Both the position numbers and the translations under genes were made by a program. Shown in pieces: positions 36,880 to 46,044 of a stretch of 64,000 nucleotides of DNA. This DNA comes from Candidatus Omnitrophota bacterium (GTDB lineage Bacteria; Omnitrophota; Gorgyraeia; B26-G9). The notes under the pieces are model-generated. The model had not been told where the DNA came from, made no database searches, and worked only from the letters and a program-made list of their open reading frames with translations. The stretch lies in contig JBDRPX010000015.1 in assembly GCA_043826565.1 (NCBI GenBank), forward strand, positions 3,317 to 67,316. Reading direction: 5' to 3'. Every line of letters begins with the position of its first letter. Within the stretch, counting starts at the first letter, position 1.

Positions 36880-37582
36880 ATTCTTATTGTGTGCATTATT
36901 GTTGGCTATCGTCCTCGCCCCTGCCACCAATGCAATGTCCGAAGTAAAAAGCATTAAAGGCAGAAGCACAATTAAAACAGTTATGCGTGTAAGGTCTTTT
37001 AACTTTTCTGAGATAGAAAATTTGATGGGTAAAAGATGGAAAGAGGTTATTACGCTAAGACCCGATGTTCAAATCCTTTCAATGGGGCCTGATAATGTTG
37101 ATTTAACCCCTGACATTAACATTCCCCAAAAAGGGCTGATAGAGCAGGTATCCGACAAAGATTCCTTACATACAATTATGTATGCCTTTGAAGCTGGAGT
37201 TTTAGAATCTATAAGCATTGCCGGTAAAATCAATCACGTTGAAAGATCAAAAGTGATTGAACAGTCTCTTGCAAAATATGGTGATTATGATGCTATAGAG
37301 GGGGCAGTAACAGAAAAAAATATTGGTGTTTTAAAATGGGATAAGGGAAAGCGTCATATTAAACTTTGGCTGCCTTATTCGAGCAAAAACAAGGAGCAGA
37401 CATTTGCATTGCAGTTTTTATCGCAAAAAGCTCATGAAAAGTTTCAAACCGTAGAAAATGAAATCAAGGCAAAGAAAAAATCCATTACTGGTCAGGTCAC
37501 CCTAGACATCCCCCAAAATACCAAGATAAAAGCACTAAAAGACGAGATAGAAAATATCAAAAAAGCTCATGACAATAGATAA
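36869..37582 (+). CDS. secreted hypothetical protein with post-signal motif SEVKSIKGRSTI
   Basis: start reset to MKNKFLLCALLLAIVLAPATNA (RBS GTGGAG); shares the post-signal motif with the 46028..46666 product. Confidence 0.55.
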   Translation: MKNKFLLCALLLAIVLAPATNAMSEVKSIKGRSTIKTVMRVRSFNFSEIENLMGKRWKEVITLRPDVQILSMGPDNVDLTPDINIPQKGLIEQVSDKDSLHTIMYAFEAGVLESISIAGKINHVERSKVIEQSLAKYGDYDAIEGAVTEKNIGVLKWDKGKRHIKLWLPYSSKNKEQTFALQFLSQKAHEKFQTVENEIKAKKKSITGQVTLDIPQNTKIKALKDEIENIKKAHDNR

Positions 37583-37702
37583 AGCATGTTTACCCTCCCC
37601 TGTTTATCCAAAACAGTTTTCAGGGGGGATTAACGCTGTCCCCTTTAAGCATAATGACAGCAGAATCTTTTGCTAAAGGAATAAGTATGAAAGGAGAAGC
37701 TT

Positions 37703-38479
37703 GTGAAAATTTTTAAAATAATTACATGCCTTTTGGTCTTTTTATTGCTGGCAATTAACATGTCTTACGCTTCCCCAAACAAGGACTATTGTAATAAGAG
37801 GATGGGGTCTGATTATCAAGGGATCGGACGAGAATCTGAAAAATTGCAGGAAGTTGAGTTATTTTATGTTTTGGTGCAAAAACATTTAGAACCAACAAAA
37901 AATGTTGTAGTTGAAAATGCGCGAACTATTTATTTGCTTAAAGGAATAGAGCATGCAAGCAAAGGAAAGTATGATAAAGCAATTGAACAATTTAAAAAAG
38001 CACTTATTCTTAATCCTAAAGATGCCCTAGCACATAATTGCCTTGGGGGAGCTTATAAAAGCAAGGGCATGCTTGATGAAGCAATTAAAGCATACAAAAA
38101 AGCACTTATTCTTAATCCTAAAGATGCCCGCGCACATACTAGCCTTGCAGCAGTATATGAACGCAAAAAAATGCGTGATGAAGCAATCGAAGAATACAAA
38201 AAGGCTATCGCCATTGACCCCGAATATTTCAGGCCTCATTATGACCTTGGAGTAGCCTATAAATGCAAAGGAATGGTTGATGAAGCAATTGAAGAATACA
38301 AAAAAGCTCTTGTCATCGATCCTAACAATGCCAAGACACATTACGAATTGGCATTGTTATATTGCAATAAAAAGCAATATGACCTATCTATTGAACATTG
38401 TGATAAAGCAATTAAGTATGGTAAAAAAAGTTCTATGCTTTTAAAGCGGTTAGCTCCATTCCGAAATAAAGACTATTAA
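37703..38479 (+). CDS. secreted TPR-repeat protein
   Basis: signal peptide; five or more 34-aa repeats of the A..YKKAL.LNPKDA..H..LG.AY type. Confidence 0.8.
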   Translation: MKIFKIITCLLVFLLLAINMSYASPNKDYCNKRMGSDYQGIGRESEKLQEVELFYVLVQKHLEPTKNVVVENARTIYLLKGIEHASKGKYDKAIEQFKKALILNPKDALAHNCLGGAYKSKGMLDEAIKAYKKALILNPKDARAHTSLAAVYERKKMRDEAIEEYKKAIAIDPEYFRPHYDLGVAYKCKGMVDEAIEEYKKALVIDPNNAKTHYELALLYCNKKQYDLSIEHCDKAIKYGKKSSMLLKRLAPFRNKDY

Positions 38480-38491
38480 TCCAAAACATGC

Positions 38492-38731
38492 TTATTCCCC
38501 TCCCCTTCTAATATGCCGAATCGCCCTAATAACAGTCTTTTTACTAACCTTCAGACTCTGGGCTATATCTATGTAGTTCATGCCTAATAGGCATAATTGT
38601 GTGGCTTTTGGGGCTATCTTTTGATATAAAGGGATTTGTTGTGTTGGAAGTACTTTGATATGTGCGTTGATTTCGGCTGCACATTCGACAGGCTCAGTGT
38701 GCCCGGTGGTCACGGTGCGAATTGGTTGCAA
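38492..38731 (-). CDS. small HTH-domain protein (transposase-N-terminus / sigma-70 region-4-like HTH), paralog 1, TTG start
   Basis: LQPIRTVTTGHTEPVECAAEINAHIKVLP...LLGMNYIDIAQSLKVSKKTVIRAI; about 75% identical to the 46947..47186 product; first roughly 90 nt nearly identical at DNA level. Confidence 0.5.
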   Translation of the reverse strand: MQPIRTVTTGHTEPVECAAEINAHIKVLPTQQIPLYQKIAPKATQLCLLGMNYIDIAQSLKVSKKTVIRAIRHIRRGGE

Positions 38732-38746
38732 CTGCGTCCGCCAGAA

Positions 38747-39045
38747 AATCAAACCCCCTTCATGGGGGTTTTTATTTTCTAGTCGTGAATGAGGAGGATG
38801 AGAACCCAAAAAGAGGATTTTAAGGAGGAAGATTGTTCCTCCTTGTCGGCGCACGTACCCCCACCCGGAAGGAAAAGGAACAGCCCGAAGGGCGATAGGG
38901 AAAAACCATGAGGGTTTTCCTCTATGGAGTGAGCGGACCGCAATACCGGCAAAGCCGGTTGTAGGGAAGCGACACGATGGGGGCGTAATCCTACTTCCTC
39001 CGCCAAAAGCACCTTTCTCCAAAAGCCTTCTTTCTGGTATAATAA
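38747..39045 (+). repeat. structured non-coding repeat element copy 2 (terminator, core, tRNA-Ser 3'-end-like segment, extended -10)
   Basis: see 33721..34032; here it abuts the 5' end of the small HTH gene at ...gcgtccgcca. Confidence 0.6.
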
Positions 39046-39131
39046 AAAACACCGACAACCCGAAGAAAACTTATGGTTATGTGGTAGGAATTCTGGAGAA
39101 TTGGGATAAAAAAAATAACTACAGTTTAAAT

Positions 39132-41000
39132 TTAATCCATCACTTTATATAGTATTATCGGATATTTCACTCCGCCTTCCCACTCCTTAAGCTTTTTAAA
39201 TATTTCCGGATGTTCCCGCGCCCAGAAATAATCCTTATGCACTGCTCCTTTATTCCAATGCGGAACCCAGGCAAAGAAATAATTTGCCCCGTGTTTTTCA
39301 AGCTGCGCTGCCCATTCTTCATAAGATTGGGCAACAAAACTTTCTTTATATAGAGTTTTATAAGCAGGGACCTGCACAATATCATGTTGTAATCTCTGTC
39401 CATACAAAGGAGTTGTCAGTTCCTGATGACTGTAAGCAATAACGCTTCCGTCAGGAGCATTATCATTCATCCATTCCCAGGCATTAGCAATACTGCCATA
39501 TATCATCTTATAATACTTATATTGTGATACCTTTTTTGTTTTAAAATATTCGCCTGATATATTTGCCTGATACGGAACAAGCCGCGGCAAAGAAGTGATG
39601 AAAGAAAAAAACAAGCAGTACAGAATTAATCCTCCCATGATTTTCTTCTGCCAGGTGTTTAAATCGTCATATACATAAGCAGTAGCAACTGCTGTTATAC
39701 TGCAAATAAATACTATATACCGCGGAACCGGGCAATTATTGGAAATAAGCCAAAAAAAGATAAGCACAGGAAACAACATGAAAATCAATAAGGATTGTTT
39801 GTCTTTTTTTATAACTGATAAGTATATCGAGTAAATAAGGCTTACGATTCCTAGCGCAAACTGTACCCCAAAACCATTTTCTATAGAATAAGCAAACTCC
39901 CCCCTTACCTTTTCCTTTATAGGATACAAAAACCATTCCAAGGGAGTATTCACAAACCATTTTGAGTAATCGGATGCGGAATGCACAGCAATGGTTCCTT
40001 TAAAAAGCTTAACCCCCAGGAGTTTTATGGTGTATGGAAAAACAGGGTTGCCGGTTAAGATCAGATTCCTAATATACCAAAAACCTCCTGCGGCAAATAA
40101 TAAAACCCCTCCGATAATAATATTATTCCGGGAAGTTTTCTGATTATAAGAAAAAATTAGAAATATTAGCCCTATCGGAATAGCAATAATGCCAGCCGGT
40201 TTCATGCCTGCAGACAGTCCCAAAGCAATACAACTTAACATCACAAAAAGAGGTTTTTTTGTTTGCGAATATCCGAGGATAAAGTTTATCCCTGCGACAA
40301 TAAAACATCCGAACATTAAGTCTACGTAGGAAACAGAACATAAAAGCATTACTACCGGGGTGAATAATATTATAGGTATCGTGACAGCTGGGTTCTTTAT
40401 ATTCAGTTTTTTAGCTATACTGTACGTTGAAAGAGCAAAAATAAAAGCAAAAGGTATTTGAATGAGGTTTAGAATATGCATATTCTTACTTGTAATGTAT
40501 GCCCAAAGCATAACAAGCGATCCGTTTTGAGGAAAATAAGAAGTGTCTCTCAGGGGTTGGATCATCGTTAATCTCTCCGTTTTTACCCATTGGGCAACTG
40601 CGAGGAGATGATATGAAATGCTGTCCCAAGCGTATGGAGGAATGAGTAAACTGAGAAAAAAAATAAGGCCGTATGCTATGAGAATGAATTGGAATGCAAG
40701 AACAGTCTCTATTGGTATTGCTTTACAGTAAAAAGAGGATATTAACTTTTTCCATTCAATCTTGCTGCTTGTACATACGAGGATAAACAATGATATTGCG
40801 ATATTTGAGGAAACAACCAATACTGAATTTAAAAATCCAAGGATCCCGAGAATAGCTTGCGTCACTATGATCTGAAAAACAAACAAGGTAAAGCCAGCAA
40901 TTATAATATCACTTTTCTCTTCCAATCTCGTGGCAAAATACTTAAGATAAGAGAATGTAATGAATAATGATATTGATAACAATATGATCAGGTATGCCAT
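39132..41000 (-). CDS. GT-C fold polytopic membrane glycosyltransferase-like protein with C-terminal soluble domain
   Basis: at least 12 TM helices over about 450 aa then hydrophilic C-terminal domain; architecture like ArnT/PMT-type enzymes. Confidence 0.55.
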   Translation of the reverse strand: MAYLIILLSISLFITFSYLKYFATRLEEKSDIIIAGFTLFVFQIIVTQAILGILGFLNSVLVVSSNIAISLFILVCTSSKIEWKKLISSFYCKAIPIETVLAFQFILIAYGLIFFLSLLIPPYAWDSISYHLLAVAQWVKTERLTMIQPLRDTSYFPQNGSLVMLWAYITSKNMHILNLIQIPFAFIFALSTYSIAKKLNIKNPAVTIPIILFTPVVMLLCSVSYVDLMFGCFIVAGINFILGYSQTKKPLFVMLSCIALGLSAGMKPAGIIAIPIGLIFLIFSYNQKTSRNNIIIGGVLLFAAGGFWYIRNLILTGNPVFPYTIKLLGVKLFKGTIAVHSASDYSKWFVNTPLEWFLYPIKEKVRGEFAYSIENGFGVQFALGIVSLIYSIYLSVIKKDKQSLLIFMLFPVLIFFWLISNNCPVPRYIVFICSITAVATAYVYDDLNTWQKKIMGGLILYCLFFSFITSLPRLVPYQANISGEYFKTKKVSQYKYYKMIYGSIANAWEWMNDNAPDGSVIAYSHQELTTPLYGQRLQHDIVQVPAYKTLYKESFVAQSYEEWAAQLEKHGANYFFAWVPHWNKGAVHKDYFWAREHPEIFKKLKEWEGGVKYPIILYKVMD

Positions 41001-41234
41001 AATTTAATAAAAAGAGCTCCTATCCCCTGCCAAAAACAATCTGTTAATCCCCAGTGATAATACGAATAAAACAGTATAAATAATATGGCCACCACGAGGA
41101 ACAGGCTGCCGAACAACGCTTCATCCTTTTTTTCTAAAGAATCCTGATTCACCTAAAACCTCTTTCGTTTCGAAATATTGTATGTTAAAATTATAATACA
41201 TTTTTGTTAACTTTAACAAATTTAAATTATAATC

Positions 41235-42908
41235 ATGAAAAAACATTCCCCTATACCCAGAGCGCCCTCTCTAAAAAAAGACAATCTTATGTTTATCATT
41301 GTTTTGGGTCTTTGGGTTATTACCATGTTACATTTTGATCCAAAGATTTTGAGATACCTGCAAGAAAATAGTTCCTTATTCTCTCGTAGCTCTGTCATAG
41401 CCTTTGTTGTTTGTGTTAATATCTTTTGGCTATTCGGAATCTATCATCTGACAATCGCGTTTTTTGCCGCATTCATTGCGCGCCCTCCAAAAATCCATAA
41501 AAAAGGACAAAAAGAGAATCAGCCGCGCGTAGCCGTCCTCTATTTAACCATGAATGATTTTAGGGAGGAAGCTATTTGCTCTTGCTTGAAACAAGACTAT
41601 AAAAACTTTGATGTATACATCCTTGATGATAGCACCTCTGTAGAATGGCAAGCAAAAGTTGATCAATTTATCGCTATACATGAAAAGGCTATCCTTATTC
41701 GCAGGCAGACCCGGGAGCATTTTAAAGCCGGGAATCTTAATAATGCTTTCGAACAACTCTATTCGCGGTATGAATATTTTGCCGTTTCCGATTCCGATGG
41801 AATACTTCCAAAAGATTTTATCGGAAAACTTCTCCCTTATTTTTCTCTGGATAAGCAGATCGGCTTTGTTCAGGCCAATCAGCGATGGAACGAAGCTCAG
41901 GATTCTGAATTTGCTAAAGATTTAGGCATAAACACCGATATCCATTGGAAATATTATGTGCCGGCTAAAAATATGTACGGATTCCTTATGTTTTACGGCC
42001 ACGGAGCTATTATCCGAAGTGATGTCTGGAAGAAAGCCGGAGGATTTCCTCATACTATAACTGAAGACATAGCTTTTTCTTCCGTATTAAGAGAAAACGG
42101 CTACTACGGAGTTTTTGCTCCGGAAGTAGTCTGCCTGGAGGATTTTCCTATAGACTACAAATCTTTCCGGATTAGAAATGAACGCTGGATAAAAGGAACA
42201 ACTGAATATCTGTATAAATGGTATCCCCGCCTTCTTTTTTCCCGGAATGCCCCCTGGTCTGAAAAACTTGATGTCCTTGTATCCGCGGGGGTTTTATTAC
42301 AGCCGTTTGTTTTTATCTTATTCTTGTTGCTAGTAAGTATTGTTTTACCGGTAACAACAAAATTGTTTGGCTTACATATCCCTCTTGTAGCAACGTTCTC
42401 TCCTATGAAAGCAATGCTGGCAACTTACTTGTCAGGAATTTATCTGCAAACCAGCTGGACAATGGATTTCTTTTTGATTATGTTAATTGCCGCCTTTGCG
42501 CAATTTGCTCCACTTTTAATCAGTCTTATCAAAGATCCTATTAAAATCACGCGCTATATAGGAAGTTTTTTGTTTGTGTGTTTATCCTCAAGCGTGGCTT
42601 CTTTTGTGAATATATTAACTATCCTGATAACACAAAAAAGTAGATTTTTAGTAACCGGAACAAAAAAGAAAAAAGATACTCTTGAGCATAAGATTATTTA
42701 TTTATTTGAAATAATCTTTTGTGCTTTTCTGATTTTTTCTGCTTTATCTACAGGCAATCTCTGGCTGCTAACAGTAGCCATATCTGTATTTCTTAATCCC
42801 TTTGTTTATAAATCGCATTGGGACGACCCCCTATTAAGTGCGGCTATTTATCTCCCTTCCCTTATTATACTATTAATCATCCTTATGGTATCCGCTGTTT
42901 TAGTATAA
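41235..42908 (+). CDS. processive family-2 glycosyltransferase (cellulose/chitin/hyaluronan-synthase-like polysaccharide synthase)
   Basis: N-terminal TMs, GT-A core with DDS / SDSDG, processivity motif QANQRW (QxxRW), C-terminal TM bundle. Confidence 0.8.
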   Translation: MKKHSPIPRAPSLKKDNLMFIIVLGLWVITMLHFDPKILRYLQENSSLFSRSSVIAFVVCVNIFWLFGIYHLTIAFFAAFIARPPKIHKKGQKENQPRVAVLYLTMNDFREEAICSCLKQDYKNFDVYILDDSTSVEWQAKVDQFIAIHEKAILIRRQTREHFKAGNLNNAFEQLYSRYEYFAVSDSDGILPKDFIGKLLPYFSLDKQIGFVQANQRWNEAQDSEFAKDLGINTDIHWKYYVPAKNMYGFLMFYGHGAIIRSDVWKKAGGFPHTITEDIAFSSVLRENGYYGVFAPEVVCLEDFPIDYKSFRIRNERWIKGTTEYLYKWYPRLLFSRNAPWSEKLDVLVSAGVLLQPFVFILFLLLVSIVLPVTTKLFGLHIPLVATFSPMKAMLATYLSGIYLQTSWTMDFFLIMLIAAFAQFAPLLISLIKDPIKITRYIGSFLFVCLSSSVASFVNILTILITQKSRFLVTGTKKKKDTLEHKIIYLFEIIFCAFLIFSALSTGNLWLLTVAISVFLNPFVYKSHWDDPLLSAAIYLPSLIILLIILMVSAVLV

Positions 42909-43031
42909 AACAGAAAAATATTGACAAAATAAATCATAATCTGATAAAATTTAATCTATTGCTTTATATTATATGGGGTTATATTAGTGTTTTATGGCAG
43001 ATTAAAAACTACCGAAAAAAGGGAGGGTGCT

Positions 43032-43901
43032 ATGAAGAATCTATCGCGTTTTGTTATGGGAGTCCTGGTTTTTACATTAGCTGTTTTTAGTTTCGGATTT
43101 GTTGCCGGCGAAGTGGTCCTGCAAAAAAAGCTGGATATTGTTAAACAGCGCATCCCTAATCAGTGGTGGAACGGCGGTTGGGATGAAGAAGCTGATTTAC
43201 AAGACATTATCGCGCAATCCGGCAAAGACAAGAGCCAAAAAGCTCAGGCACAGTATTACATTGCCGGACAATACTATTCCAACAGAGAGCACCAAAAAGC
43301 ACTCCAGGAATATCGCAAATTAATAAAAGACTACCCCGATGCCTGGCTGGAATGCCAGAAAGCGCAGTTTGAAATCGGACAGATCAATTTATACAGGTTA
43401 AATGAGCCGGAAGAGGCAATTTATGAATACCGGAAAATAATTGACAATTACGAGAACAGTTTCATGAAACCGAAAGCACAGCTGATGATCGCAAGGGCTT
43501 ATCGCAAACAGCAACAATACGATTCAGCTCTCAAAGAATATTCTAAGGTATTAGAGTTATATCCTGAATACAGCAGCGAAGTAACCGAAACTCACCTGGA
43601 TATCGCGGAGATGAAAATTGTGCAGGCAGTACTGCCGGGAGTAAGCGCAGTGGAAAAAGAAACACTGTTAAACCAAGCAATTCTCTCTTTCAAAAAAGCT
43701 TATGAAATATGCCCGTTAAATCATCCTGAGTTTATGGAAAGAGCTTTAGACGGTGTCTGCCGCGCATTTCGCTGCTTAGACATGAATCTTGTCAGAGCCA
43801 ACAATTTTGTAAAGTTTCAGAAATACGGCGCCGCCGGCGCAGACGGCACAGAAGGAACAGACGATGACCTAATAAATCCTTTGGAGGAAATTAAATCATG
43901 A
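43032..43901 (+). CDS. secreted/membrane-anchored TPR-like repeat protein
   Basis: start at MKNLSRFVMGVLVF (RBS GGGAGGG); helical repeats with YY..A..YY..G pattern. Confidence 0.6.
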   Translation: MKNLSRFVMGVLVFTLAVFSFGFVAGEVVLQKKLDIVKQRIPNQWWNGGWDEEADLQDIIAQSGKDKSQKAQAQYYIAGQYYSNREHQKALQEYRKLIKDYPDAWLECQKAQFEIGQINLYRLNEPEEAIYEYRKIIDNYENSFMKPKAQLMIARAYRKQQQYDSALKEYSKVLELYPEYSSEVTETHLDIAEMKIVQAVLPGVSAVEKETLLNQAILSFKKAYEICPLNHPEFMERALDGVCRAFRCLDMNLVRANNFVKFQKYGAAGADGTEGTDDDLINPLEEIKS

Positions 43902-44548
43902 GGACGGCAATTAAGCTATTCATAGTAACAGCATTTATTGTTGTTATTTCGTTTCAGGTGTTAAGCATTGCCGCTTATGCGCCCTTTGATTACACCCCCT
44001 ATGTCGGATATGTCGAGCAGATTGAAGCTCAATTAGCTGCGGCAATGTATCCTGAGGCAATCCTAGGATTGCGATCGGAAGATGAAAAAAGTGAAGAGAA
44101 AGCCCAGACCCTGGCAAGTCAATTAATAAAAGATTATGAACAATTAGAAGTTAGCCCTGCACATAAACAACAGGCAATGGAAGAAGTAGCCATGTTGCTG
44201 TATAGAAAAAAAGATTATGAGCAAGCCTTAATAAAAGCGAAGACGATTTTGGAAGAATACCCGAAAGATTTGGTAGGGTCGAGGGTTTTATGGATATGTT
44301 ATCGGCTAAAAGCACAAACATCCGAAAAGCAAAAAAATTATGGAAAAGCTATAAATGAATATGAAAACATTTTAAGATATCCAGTTTTTGATAATTTTGA
44401 AGCAGCAACATATCATTTAATCGGAAAACTTTATGAGAAAAAAGAAGACAAAGAATCTGCAAAAGTATCCTATCAACATATTATTGATAATTTTCCAAAT
44501 ATGAATCTAACAAAGATCATAAAAAAGAGGATGTCAAATTTAAAATGA
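43898..44548 (+). CDS. secreted TPR-like helical-repeat protein
   Basis: signal/anchor MRTAIKLFIVTAFIVVISFQVLSIAAYA; 4-bp overlap with upstream gene. Confidence 0.55.
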   Translation: MRTAIKLFIVTAFIVVISFQVLSIAAYAPFDYTPYVGYVEQIEAQLAAAMYPEAILGLRSEDEKSEEKAQTLASQLIKDYEQLEVSPAHKQQAMEEVAMLLYRKKDYEQALIKAKTILEEYPKDLVGSRVLWICYRLKAQTSEKQKNYGKAINEYENILRYPVFDNFEAATYHLIGKLYEKKEDKESAKVSYQHIIDNFPNMNLTKIIKKRMSNLK

Positions 44549-46044
44549 AAACTCTAAAAAAAATAAATATTTTTTTACTATCCATTACATTCCTTTTTAT
44601 GTGGGCGCAAAATGTTTCGAGTTGTGAGCAGACAAGATATGCTGACATCTTCACAGAAAAGGATATAATTTCTTATAATGGGGGGAGTACTGAAATTGAC
44701 GTTTACGTTTTTGATATCGAAGAAGACTGGTATGTGGCAGGAGCAACAGTAGATCTGGAATGTTTTAAAAAAGTAGGAGAAGAAGTTACTTGGGTTGTGT
44801 TTGCTTCCGGAGTTACTGAGTATGATTATGAGGGAGGCGAATTTGGGCTACATCATACGACACTAACATTTGAAAATCCATCTAGTTATGGGATACATGA
44901 ACAGGTTATCTCAGCGAAAGAGCTTGAAGGCGGTGATTATTCTTCGGCAAGAATCGATTGCTACGAAGTTAAGATAATTGACCCCACTGAGTATCCGATA
45001 TATGTTGGGAGCAATACAACGGTTTCGCTTTACGCAACAAATTATGCGGGATCGCACGAAGACTACGAAGGAGAATTTACCTGGAGCAAAGTTAGCGGAT
45101 CAGGTGAATTATCAATGGATGTAATTCAAAATGGAAATTTTTCATGTTTGACATTTAGCACAAATACTGGAGGAACATATAAGCTAGAGGTAACTTTTTC
45201 CGGGCCAAAAATGAATGGTTCTGATGAGACTGGAGATATTTATGTGGTTCAAGCTGAATTTTTAAAGGAAGGAACCAGCACCCCCATATCCGAAGCACAT
45301 GTAGGCACAGACGGGAATTCTGCAACAACCCTTGACGGAGAAACAAAACAGATTGATATTAAAATTACGCCTAGTAATATAACAGTTGATTTTGATTTGA
45401 GCAATGGAGAAGTAGCCATAACTCCTACTAGCGGTAGCGGCACGACAACAGTAACCATTACGGGAAAGGGTTCTGGATATTCTGATTCTGAGATAATAGT
45501 TAAAAAAGATGATATGGGATTAGGCTCTTTGGATGTACAAGTACATAAGCCGGATAAGTTAGTTTACCAATACAGCAACTCATTAAGTGCTGCCCCTGGA
45601 GATGTGGGGGCAGGAAACATGTATGTTTTTGATGTAAAAGACATTCAAAATCGTGTTATTCCCAATATTGGAGGATATCGTGTGTATGAACGTATGCATA
45701 TTGATAGAAATGAAGATGGTCTAGAAGGTTATTTTTACTCTAATCTTATAGCAAAGTTAGATTGTAATCCTTATGATGGCATTGTGTTGCCAGACACGGA
45801 AATGTTTAATGATACTCTCCAGCTATGGATTCCAGACTATACAACAACAAGTGATTTATCAGCAGATGGAATCGTCCAATTGCACAATAGTTGGTATTTT
45901 ATGGACATTTATCTTAAAAGTTCTACTTATCAATATACTTGGACACCTATAATACAAGGAACCGCTGTGACAGGATTACAGATGTCGCGGTCTTTACTTA
46001 GCGATTCTCAAAAAGTTACGGAGGCTAATGATGATATCGATTAG
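44545..46044 (+). CDS. secreted beta-rich protein (499 aa), possibly Ig-like/adhesin-type
   Basis: signal peptide; T/S/G/Y-rich beta-strand-like composition; 4-bp overlap upstream. Confidence 0.6.
   Translation: MKTLKKINIFLLSITFLFMWAQNVSSCEQTRYADIFTEKDIISYNGGSTEIDVYVFDIEEDWYVAGATVDLECFKKVGEEVTWVVFASGVTEYDYEGGEFGLHHTTLTFENPSSYGIHEQVISAKELEGGDYSSARIDCYEVKIIDPTEYPIYVGSNTTVSLYATNYAGSHEDYEGEFTWSKVSGSGELSMDVIQNGNFSCLTFSTNTGGTYKLEVTFSGPKMNGSDETGDIYVVQAEFLKEGTSTPISEAHVGTDGNSATTLDGETKQIDIKITPSNITVDFDLSNGEVAITPTSGSGTTTVTITGKGSGYSDSEIIVKKDDMGLGSLDVQVHKPDKLVYQYSNSLSAAPGDVGAGNMYVFDVKDIQNRVIPNIGGYRVYERMHIDRNEDGLEGYFYSNLIAKLDCNPYDGIVLPDTEMFNDTLQLWIPDYTTTSDLSADGIVQLHNSWYFMDIYLKSSTYQYTWTPIIQGTAVTGLQMSRSLLSDSQKVTEANDDID

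Noticed and set aside
38600-38745. tRNA gene ending at ...ggttgcaactgcgtccgcca (and the identical segment at 47100..47208)
   Set aside because: No acceptor/T-arm pairing can be drawn and no anticodon arm is present. The segment is the coding 5' end of the small HTH genes; only the CCGCCA end is tRNA-like.
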